A stretch of DNA of 32,000 bases from Candidatus Saccharimonadota bacterium (GTDB lineage: Bacteria; Patescibacteriota; Saccharimonadia; Saccharimonadales; UBA4665): assembly GCA_963716945.1 (NCBI GenBank), contig OY970322.1, forward strand, positions 690,001 through 722,000. The letters are read 5' to 3'. The position numbers and the translations under genes are program-made. Of the stretch, positions 25,794-32,000 are shown in pieces. The notes beneath the pieces were generated by a model that saw only the letters and a program-made list of their open reading frames with translations, ran no database searches and was not told the DNA's origin. The first letter of the stretch is position 1. Every line of letters begins with the position of its first letter.

Positions 25794-26804
25794 TTAAACG
25801 TTGGACGGGTCAACCGTGATTGACGGACCCATAGTCGTAGCCAAGTGCACGGCTTTGACGTAGTTGCCTTTGACGGTTTGAGGCTTGTTAGCCTTTACGC
25901 TGGCCAAAACGGCTTGCGCGTTCTGGAGCAGCTGGGCCGGCGTGAAGCTGACCTTGCCGATGCCCAGGTGGACTATGCCGGTGCTGTCGACACGGTATTC
26001 GACTCGCCCGGCCTTGGCTTCGGCAACGGCCTTGCTAATGTCGGTGGTTACCGTGCCGCTTTTGGGGTTCGGCATCAAGCCCCGGGGGCCGAGGGTGCGG
26101 GCATACTTTCCGAGCCGGGCCATTAGGGCCGGGGTAGCAATCAGAATGTCAAAGTCAGTCTTGCCCTTATCGAGTGCTGCCAGCAGGTCATCCGTGCCGG
26201 CTACGTCGGCGCCGGCTTTCTTAGCTGCCGCGGCATCATCGGTCAGCACGGCGACCCGTATTTGCCGGCCAGTACCCGCCGGTAATACTAAGTTGTCACG
26301 GATGTTCTGGTCGGCGTGCTTGGGGTCTACGCCCAAGTTGATATGCAGCTCGACGGTGGCATCAAATTTGACATGGCTGGTTTGCTTGGCCAGTTCCAAA
26401 GCTTGTTCAAGCGTGTAGGCTTTGCCCTTTTCGACTTTCTCGGCGTTCTTGCGGAAATGCTTGCCCCGCCGTTCGAGACGTGAACGGGCTGGCTTAACAG
26501 GCGCTTTCGGCTTGGCCTCGGCCGCCTCGCCGCCGGCCTTGCGCTCCTCTTTGGCCTGTTTCTCGGCAGCCTCTTCCAAGGCTTTGGCACTGCGCTTGCC
26601 CGCCTTGGCCAAGGGCTTATCGGCTTCCGGGATTGTCGATTCGGTCTCCTGGCCAGCCGCGGCGGCGGGTTCTTCGGCGTCGTTTAGGGGTTCGCCGGCT
26701 TTGGCGTCAATCAGCGCCTGAATTTCAGATATTTTGCTCTTGGGATCGATTTCGATACCGAGGACTTTCGCCTCTTCCAAGAGCTCTTTCTTAGTCTTTG
26801 CCAT
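25794..26804 (-). CDS. rplA: 50S ribosomal protein L1 with an approximately 107-aa N-terminal extension
   Basis: 336 aa. The canonical L1 core starts around RGKHFRKNAEKVEKGKAYTLEQALELAK....KFD.TVELHINLGVDPKHADQN.R and continues to PNPK.GTVT.D...AV.E.KAG.VEYR.D. The first ~107 aa are an extra HeH/Rho_N-like motif plus a K/A/E-rich linker. Confidence 0.9.
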   Translation of the reverse strand: MAKTKKELLEEAKVLGIEIDPKSKISEIQALIDAKAGEPLNDAEEPAAAAGQETESTIPEADKPLAKAGKRSAKALEEAAEKQAKEERKAGGEAAEAKPKAPVKPARSRLERRGKHFRKNAEKVEKGKAYTLEQALELAKQTSHVKFDATVELHINLGVDPKHADQNIRDNLVLPAGTGRQIRVAVLTDDAAAAKKAGADVAGTDDLLAALDKGKTDFDILIATPALMARLGKYARTLGPRGLMPNPKSGTVTTDISKAVAEAKAGRVEYRVDSTGIVHLGIGKVSFTPAQLLQNAQAVLASVKANKPQTVKGNYVKAVHLATTMGPSITVDPSNV

Positions 26805-26858
26805 AATTTATTCCTTTCGTGGTGCTGGCGAGCTGTGCGCTCTCCCACAAATTAGTGA

Positions 26859-27113
26859 TTATTGTTCGCCGGGCATAACGGCGCGACCCGGTGCCCTCTG
26901 CAAAAAGCCGTCCAAGCTTAGCCGTCTGGCGCTATCAATGACCACCGCTTCGGAGGATCGGCCGCCTTCCGCGTTAGGCGCGGAGGAGTCAACTCCTTCG
27001 GTCGCGGCGGCATGGGCCGCGTCAACCAGGTCCGCGTTAAACGCGTAGTGGCCCGATCTGTCTACATCGGACCCCTCCGCCACGAAAACCCGGCCGATCT
27101 CGTCCGCCGCCAT
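26859..27113 (-). CDS. candidate small ORF (84 aa, acidic, lysine-free) in the rplK-rplA spacer; coding status uncertain
   Basis: The ATG lies 2 nt after the rplK stop (TAA-CT-ATG) with GAGGG 6 nt upstream. The ORF fills 255 of the 311 spacer nt. Codon third positions are GC-rich, as in neighbouring genes. Against coding: 0 Lys versus 7 Arg, low-complexity composition, and many GC hairpins (e.g. 27050..27073), which may indicate a structured RNA instead. Confidence 0.3.
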   Translation of the reverse strand: MAADEIGRVFVAEGSDVDRSGHYAFNADLVDAAHAAATEGVDSSAPNAEGGRSSEAVVIDSARRLSLDGFLQRAPGRAVMPGEQ

Positions 27114-27115
27114 AG

Positions 27116-27544
27116 TTAGCCCTCGACCTCGACGCCCATCGAGCGGGCCGTGCCGGCAACCATCTTCTTGATGGCTTCGACGTCTTCGGCGTTCATATCG
27201 GCGGCCTTGGCCTCGGCAATTTCCTGGAGGTCTTTCTGGCTGAGTTTCTTGTCCAGTTTCTCGGTGTTGGGCCGGCCGGAACCCTTTTGGATGCCGAGCT
27301 TGGCCCGGATCAGGTCGTCTGTCGGCGCACCGACGACGCGGAAATCCATGCTGCGGTCATCATAAATCGTGATATGGGCCGTAACCGTCTGGCCCTGCAT
27401 GTCCTTGGTGGCATCATTAAACGGCTGGATAAAATCCATCATATTGACGCCGTACTGACCGAGCGTGCTGCCGACGGGCGGTGCCGCGGAAGCCTGGCCG
27501 CCGCGAATTTTCATTTTGAGATTAGCTTTAACTGCTTTTGCCAT
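27116..27544 (-). CDS. rplK: 50S ribosomal protein L11
   Basis: 142 aa. Has ...GGQASAAPPVGSTLGQYGVNMMDFIQPFN..T......V...ITIYDDRSMDF, the classical L11 N-terminal domain. Confidence 0.95.
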   Translation of the reverse strand: MAKAVKANLKMKIRGGQASAAPPVGSTLGQYGVNMMDFIQPFNDATKDMQGQTVTAHITIYDDRSMDFRVVGAPTDDLIRAKLGIQKGSGRPNTEKLDKKLSQKDLQEIAEAKAADMNAEDVEAIKKMVAGTARSMGVEVEG

Positions 27545-27653
27545 AGTGATTGTCGAACGGAGCTTAGCTCAACGTTCTCCTTCCCTTTCTTATTACTGCT
27601 TAATTAATGAAGCATTAAGACAGAAGTGCGTAACCCATTTAGTTTACTCTATT

Positions 27654-27947
27654 CTACTGTTGAAGTCCAGGGGTTGGGTCGGCTTCTCTTCCTCTCAATA
27701 GCCGTTCAAATTGTCTGTCCATTTGCAGTCTGATAGTTTGCTCGTACAGCCTGCAGGCCGTACTGCCGAAGCGGATCGCTAAATTCAAACACTCACCGAC
27801 CTGTTGGAACTCTCTGGCTTGTAAGCTTACCAAAGCGCCGCTCAGGGCTAGTCCGGTTAAGGCCGAAGCGCTTACGCCGGCCGCGTAGACAGGGTCACGC
27901 ATGCCTACAATGTAGTCTTGGCGTTCCGTAACGGACCGCGGAGGCAT
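27654..27947 (-). CDS. candidate small ORF (97 aa, lysine-free, one hydrophobic segment) in the nusG-rplK spacer; coding status uncertain
   Basis: The track ORF 27654..28085 is trimmed to internal ATG 27947, which lies 1 nt after the nusG stop (TAA-G-ATG). It has a hydrophobic stretch AAGVSASALTGLALSGALVSL followed by helical-looking Arg/Gln-rich sequence. It has 0 Lys versus 11 Arg. The region also carries strong palindromes, so an RNA element is an alternative. Confidence 0.3.
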   Translation of the reverse strand: MPPRSVTERQDYIVGMRDPVYAAGVSASALTGLALSGALVSLQAREFQQVGECLNLAIRFGSTACRLYEQTIRLQMDRQFERLLRGREADPTPGLQQ

Positions 27948-27948
27948 C

Positions 27949-28497
27949 TTATACCCGTTTGACCTGGAGGCCGTCGAGCTCAACGGGCGTTTCGCGGCCG
28001 AACATGTTGACCAGGACTTTGAGTTTGCCTTTGGCGGCGTCAATCTCGTTGATACTGCCGTCGAAGCCCTTGAACGGTCCATCAATAATGTTAACGACTT
28101 CGCCGATGTTGAAGTCGATCTTGTGCTTGGGTTGCTCGAGGCCCATACGCTTCTGGATTTTCTCGATTTCGTCCTGCTCGATAGGTGTCGGATCGGTGCC
28201 GCTGCCGACGAAACCGGTAACCGAAGGCGTGTTGCGAACGATATACCAAGCGTCCTCGGAGAGCTTCATGTGGACCAGGACGTAGCCTTGGAAAATACGC
28301 TTCTCGACGACGCGGCGCTTGCCGTTCTTGATTTCGATCATTTTCTCCTTGGGCACCAGGACTTCGAAGATCTTGTCTTTCATGTCGAGGCTCTCGGCCC
28401 GCTGGCGGATGCTTTCGGCCACCTTTTCCTCGTAGCCGCTATAGGTGTGGATAGCGTACCACTGTTTACTGGTGTCGTAACGTTTGATACTGCTCAT
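27949..28497 (-). CDS. nusG: transcription termination/antitermination factor NusG
   Basis: 182 aa. Has WYAIHTYSGYEEKV (NGN domain) and a C-terminal KOW (GEVVNIIDGPFKGFDGSINEID..KGKLKVLVNMFGRETPVEL). Confidence 0.95.
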   Translation of the reverse strand: MSSIKRYDTSKQWYAIHTYSGYEEKVAESIRQRAESLDMKDKIFEVLVPKEKMIEIKNGKRRVVEKRIFQGYVLVHMKLSEDAWYIVRNTPSVTGFVGSGTDPTPIEQDEIEKIQKRMGLEQPKHKIDFNIGEVVNIIDGPFKGFDGSINEIDAAKGKLKVLVNMFGRETPVELDGLQVKRV

Positions 28498-28516
28498 AAT
28501 TGCTCTTGTTATCCCT

Positions 28517-28915
28517 TTACTTTAATAGTATGTGCTTGAAAACGATGTCGAGGCCATAATCGACCAGGGCTATGGAGGCGCCGAAGACGACGGCAAAAAT
28601 CAGTACTGCGACCGTCAGGCGGCGGCTCTCTTTCCAGCTGGGCCAGGTTACCAGGCGCAGCTCGTGCCAGCTGCGGCGAATGTAAACCGGCAACAATATT
28701 TTTCCAACCAGCCTGAAAGGCTTAAGCGAAAAAAGCTTGCCGAGGGCTTGCGCCGCCGGCCCGAAGACCGGTCCTGTCACCTTGCTGCCGGCCCGTCTCA
28801 GACCGGCAGACCGCTTAGGCTTGCCGGAAGTCTCGGCCGCCTTAACGGCTCGCTCGCGAAACGTTTCCGGGTTTTTAACCCGTCGTTTGCTCTTGTTGGC
28901 CGGTTTGTCTGCCAC
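28517..28915 (-). CDS. secE: preprotein translocase subunit SecE (basic N-terminal extension)
   Basis: 132 aa with a GTG start. The C-terminus YIRRSWHELRLVTWPSWKESRRLTVAVLIFAVVFGASIALVDYGLD is the SecE TM3 signature. Conserved position upstream of nusG. Confidence 0.85.
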   Translation of the reverse strand: MADKPANKSKRRVKNPETFRERAVKAAETSGKPKRSAGLRRAGSKVTGPVFGPAAQALGKLFSLKPFRLVGKILLPVYIRRSWHELRLVTWPSWKESRRLTVAVLIFAVVFGASIALVDYGLDIVFKHILLK

Positions 28916-28934
28916 TGTCTAGTCCCATTCTTTC

Positions 28935-28963
28935 AAATTAAAAAGCCTACAGTTTCTGTAGGC
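28935..28963 (-). terminator. terminator-like hairpin in the secE 5' region (possible attenuator)
   Basis: The minus strand reads GCCTACAG-AAA-CTGTAGGC (perfect 8 bp) followed by TTTTTAATTT. It lies about 20 nt upstream of the secE GTG and just downstream of a TTGACC - 17 nt - TAAACT promoter-like pair (28975..29003). Confidence 0.4.
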
Positions 28964-29039
28964 AACTGTTGTCAAGTTTAGCAGGCGGCACGCCAGAGGT
29001 CAAGGCTTAATGCTTTTATTTGCTATAGTTTAGGTTGGT

Positions 29040-30548
29040 ATGGAGCTTTTGTTTATCGTTTTCGGCGTATTAAGCGGTCTGGAGCTTATGGTTTGGCTGC
29101 CGCCGGTCTGGCGCCGGCGCCGGCCGCTATCGGTAGTAATACTGGCCGCTTTAGCTATGGCCAGCCTGGCAATCGTCGTAATCGAACCCGGGCTATGGAC
29201 GGGCCTTCTGGCCTTGTTGAGCCTCTATAGAATGCTTAACCTGTTAAGGCTAGCCAAGGGCCGGATTCAGGCCGACTATTTATATCATTCTTCCCGTAGG
29301 GCGGCCGTTTGGTTAGTCGCCTTGCAGGGCGCCGACCTGGCGTCGGCGCGGTTGGCAAACTATTACCAAGTAAGCTTGATGGAGGGCTTTTACATCTTGG
29401 CGGCGGCCCAGCTGGCCGCCGGCCTAGTCTTGCTGGCAACCGTGAGGCGGCATCTTAGGACTACCAAGCCGGTTAAGCTGACCCGGTCCTACGCCGACCA
29501 CGAACTGCCGAGTTTAACCGTGGCCATACCGGCACGTAACGAAACTGCCGACTTGGAGGACTGTCTGCAGTCACTAACCGCCAGCGACTACCCGAAGCTT
29601 GAAATACTGGTACTCGATGATTGCTCCCAGAACAAGCGCACCCCGGAGATAATCCGAGGCTTTGCCCACGACGGGGTGCGCTTCGTAGCCGGGATTGAAC
29701 CGCCCGGCCAGTGGCTGGCCAAAAACTACGCCTACGCCCAGTTAGCAGAAGAGGCTAACGGCGACTTGCTGCTGTTTTGCGGCGTTGACGTGCGCTTTAG
29801 CCCGAGCAGCCTGCGGTCAATCGTGGAAACCGCCCTGGAGAAGAAAAAGAGCATGGTCAGCATCATCCCGAAGAACGCTTTGCCCGGCCGCCGGAGCATC
29901 AAGCCGGTCCTGCTGCAGCCGGCCCGCTACGCCTGGGAGCTGGGGTTGCCGCGGCGGCTGCTCAGGCGGCCGCCGGTTTTGAGCAGCTGCTGGTTGATCA
30001 GCCGGGAAACGCTCCAAACGGCCGGCGGTTTCGCCGCCGTCAAGCGCAAAGCCATACCCGAGAGCTATTTCGCCAGGCAGGCGGCCGGGTCTCAGGACGG
30101 CTATAGTTTCATGCGCTCGGATACCGCCATAGGTATCACCAGCCGGAAAGAAACTGCCGAACAGCTGGCAACCACAGTACGGACCCGCTACCCGCAGCTG
30201 CACCGGCGGCCTGAGCTGGTGGCCCTGGTCAGCTTGGCTGAGTTCAGCGTTTTGGCGGCGCCGCTGATCCTGGCGGCAGGCGCTGTGGCGTCACGGCACT
30301 GGCTCCTGGCGGTCTTGTCGGCCGCGGCCTATGCCGTGGGAGCCGCCGGTTACGGCGAAGTGGTCAGCCTCACCTACCGCAAGTTTCTTGTAAGGAGCCT
30401 GTGGCTATTCCCGATGGCGGCCATTTATGATATCGGAATTCTGAATTACTCGATGTGGCAGTACGAGTTTCGGGAGGTTATCTGGAAAGGCCGGAATATT
30501 TGTATTCCGGTGATGCGCGTAGTGCCCGATCTGCCCAAACTTAACTGA
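29040..30548 (+). CDS. membrane-embedded family 2 glycosyltransferase
   Basis: 502 aa. N-terminal TM helices, then a GT-A core (LTVAIPARNE......YPKLEILVLDDCS...GDLLLFCGVDVRF), then C-terminal TM helices. Confidence 0.7.
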   Translation: MELLFIVFGVLSGLELMVWLPPVWRRRRPLSVVILAALAMASLAIVVIEPGLWTGLLALLSLYRMLNLLRLAKGRIQADYLYHSSRRAAVWLVALQGADLASARLANYYQVSLMEGFYILAAAQLAAGLVLLATVRRHLRTTKPVKLTRSYADHELPSLTVAIPARNETADLEDCLQSLTASDYPKLEILVLDDCSQNKRTPEIIRGFAHDGVRFVAGIEPPGQWLAKNYAYAQLAEEANGDLLLFCGVDVRFSPSSLRSIVETALEKKKSMVSIIPKNALPGRRSIKPVLLQPARYAWELGLPRRLLRRPPVLSSCWLISRETLQTAGGFAAVKRKAIPESYFARQAAGSQDGYSFMRSDTAIGITSRKETAEQLATTVRTRYPQLHRRPELVALVSLAEFSVLAAPLILAAGAVASRHWLLAVLSAAAYAVGAAGYGEVVSLTYRKFLVRSLWLFPMAAIYDIGILNYSMWQYEFREVIWKGRNICIPVMRVVPDLPKLN

Positions 30549-30552
30549 CCGC

Positions 30553-31683
30553 TCACCCCCGGGCCTGGGGGCCCGTATCCTGTAAGTTAGGTACAAAGAC
30601 CGTGAATGTCGAGCCCTTGTTAAGCTCGCTTTTGAGATCAACCTCGGCGTGGATTAACCGAACCAGTTTCATAGTTACGTAGAGGCCCAATCCGGTACCG
30701 TTGGCTTGGCGCGTCCGATAATCCTCCGAGCGGAAGAACTTGTCAAACACCCGCTCCTGGTCGCTCTTACTGATACCTATGCCCGTATCCTGCACCGTGA
30801 AACGCACGCCTTTGGGCTCGGCCGACGCGCTTAAGGTCACCCGCCCCTTAGCCGTATATTTGACCGCGTTGGTAATGAAGTTCTGGAGAATTTCCCGCAC
30901 GTAAAGCTTGCTGGTGTAGAGAAGTTCGAGTTTCGGGTCAAGCGCCGTCTTGAGCGCCAGACCCTTGGCTTTGGCCTGCGGGGCGTAATTGCTAGCCAGC
31001 TCTGTCAGGAGTTCGTGGACGTTAATCGGTTCGACCTCGATTTTAAGCTTGCCCCGTTCGGCCCGGCTAAGGGTCGACAGGTCGTTCATCATATCGGCCA
31101 GGAACAGAACCTGGTTATGGGCCTCCCTGAGCGCCTGCTTGATAGCCGCCATGTCGCCCGACTTCTCAACTATGAACTGGGCATTGCCGATATTGCCCTC
31201 GGCAATAGCGATCGGCGTCCGAAGTTCATGGCTGACGACACTGATGAATTCGTCGCGCTCCTCTTCCAGTGATTTCTCCCTGGTTATGTCGCGCAGCAAC
31301 AGCACATAGCCGCGCTGGCCTTCCGAACCGTAGCCCAAACGGACCGGGGCAATGCTCAGGTACAGGTTGATCAGGCTGCCGTCGCCGTAACGCAAGCGCA
31401 AATCCCGGCTGGCAACGGGCATGGTCGTGTCCTTGACCATCGCCGTTATATCGTGGGACTGGTTATCTTTGTCCAGCGGCTTAAACAACAAGTCCAGACG
31501 GCTGCCGACCTTGATGGTGTTGACGTCGAATATGTTCAAGGCCGCACCGTTATACATGACGATTTTTATGTCTTCGTCAACCGCAATCACGGCATCGGCC
31601 ATACTGTTGATAAGGCTGGTTAAACGCTGGTGCTCCAACTGGTCGTTTTTGGCGTTGGCCGTGGTTTTTGGCTTAAGCGTCAT
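30553..31683 (-). CDS. soluble PAS-domain sensor histidine kinase
   Basis: 376 aa with no TM segment. Has a PAS-like LINSMADAVIAVDEDIKIVMYNGAA, H-box FISVVSHELRTPI, N-box ILQNFITNAVKYT, and G-boxes DTGIGI / GTGLGLYV. Confidence 0.85.
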   Translation of the reverse strand: MTLKPKTTANAKNDQLEHQRLTSLINSMADAVIAVDEDIKIVMYNGAALNIFDVNTIKVGSRLDLLFKPLDKDNQSHDITAMVKDTTMPVASRDLRLRYGDGSLINLYLSIAPVRLGYGSEGQRGYVLLLRDITREKSLEEERDEFISVVSHELRTPIAIAEGNIGNAQFIVEKSGDMAAIKQALREAHNQVLFLADMMNDLSTLSRAERGKLKIEVEPINVHELLTELASNYAPQAKAKGLALKTALDPKLELLYTSKLYVREILQNFITNAVKYTAKGRVTLSASAEPKGVRFTVQDTGIGISKSDQERVFDKFFRSEDYRTRQANGTGLGLYVTMKLVRLIHAEVDLKSELNKGSTFTVFVPNLQDTGPQARG

Positions 31684-31710
31684 GCTGTCTACATTATGCC
31701 ATATGTCCGT

Positions 31711-32000
31711 CTAGCCGGCAGCTTCAATGGCTTTCATCACCGGCTGGTGCTGCTTGAGGGCCCGTTTGAGCTCTGGTGTCGCCGGCAAAACCTCGCCCAT
31801 GGCCCGCCAGAAGTCCGGTCCGTGCCGGAGTATGCGCGTATGCGTCAGCTCGTGCAGCAGAACATAGTCAATTAGCTCCCAGGGCAACTGCATTAGAAAC
31901 AGGTTAAGCACGATGTGGCCGTGCTGGTCGCAACTGCCCCAGCGGCTCTTAAGCCGCTTGATGCTGACGTCGGAGTAGCGGAAGCCTTTAGCCTCGGCCA
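31711..32000 (-). CDS. YgjP/DUF45-like zinc metallohydrolase; N-terminal part runs off the right window edge
   Basis: The frame is open to the window end. It reads ...AEAKGFRYSDVSIKRLKSRWGSCDQHGHIVLNLFLMQLPWELIDYVLLHELTHTRILRHGPDFW, with WGSC and HExxH motifs typical of DUF45/M48-like proteins. The GTG start at 31911 in the track is internal. Confidence 0.7.
   Translation of the reverse strand, partial: AEAKGFRYSDVSIKRLKSRWGSCDQHGHIVLNLFLMQLPWELIDYVLLHELTHTRILRHGPDFWRAMGEVLPATPELKRALKQHQPVMKAIEAAG

Noticed and set aside
26805-27948. tmRNA, RNase P RNA or SRP RNA hidden in the two long ribosomal-operon spacers
   Set aside because: I looked on both strands for a tRNA-like TTCGA T-arm plus ACCA end, for GAGGAAAGTCC / ACAGAA.CCGGCTTA, and for AGGTCCGGAAGGAAGCAGC. 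None is present; only a partial CAGGTCCG occurs. A covariance-model scan is still needed for other RNA families.
27948-28085. The first 46 codons of the track ORF 27654..28085
   Set aside because: They overlap the 3' end of nusG in another frame and give Ser/Thr/Arg-rich nonsense. Only the part downstream of the nusG stop (from ATG 27947) is kept, as a low-confidence candidate.

Overview
Gene-dense bacterial chromosomal window of about 38 protein genes and one tRNA, mostly housekeeping genes on the minus strand. There are no rRNA genes, CRISPR arrays, transposases or integrases. Recognisable content, left to right:
- gnd (3' end truncated by the window edge and absent from the ORF track), 3-methyladenine glycosylase, a guanylate-kinase-like gene, and an orphan receiver-domain response regulator.
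- A lower-GC orphan AAA+/STAND-like ATPase directly downstream of tRNA-Gln(UUG).
- An envelope cluster: alpha/beta hydrolase, two GT4 glycosyltransferases and an AI-2E/PerM transporter.
- cysS-nrnA, then dnaX-dnaB-(polytopic membrane protein)-ybaB-recR.
- A divergent CDP-alcohol phosphatidyltransferase-like gene and two hypothetical genes, one apparently secreted.
- rplJ-rplL with their own promoter and a long leader.
- A thymidylate block: dcd overlapping a Tmk::tandem-ThyX fusion gene, then an MprF-C-like membrane protein and a second stand-alone tmk.
- secE-nusG-rplK-rplA, with two unusually long spacers that each hold a lysine-free ORF.
- A membrane GT2, a soluble PAS histidine kinase, and a YgjP/DUF45-like metallohydrolase whose 5' end is truncated by the window edge.

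The compaction (overlapping and abutting convergent gene ends, ATGA-type overlaps, -10 boxes a few nt from start codons) and the gene content suggest a small-genome bacterium, possibly Patescibacteria/Saccharibacteria-like. That taxonomic guess is inference only.

Most interesting observations:
- The dcd plus Tmk::ThyX-ThyX fusion operon, together with a second tmk paralog.
- The separation of rplKA from rplJL by this roughly 6.4 kb block.
- The tRNA-adjacent orphan ATPase.
- The two lysine-free ORFs or structured spacers inside the ribosomal operon.
- A probable secreted protein whose signal peptide is only encoded if translation starts at ATC.

I found no canonical defence or mobile system. 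All functional calls rest on motif recognition by eye, not on database searches.
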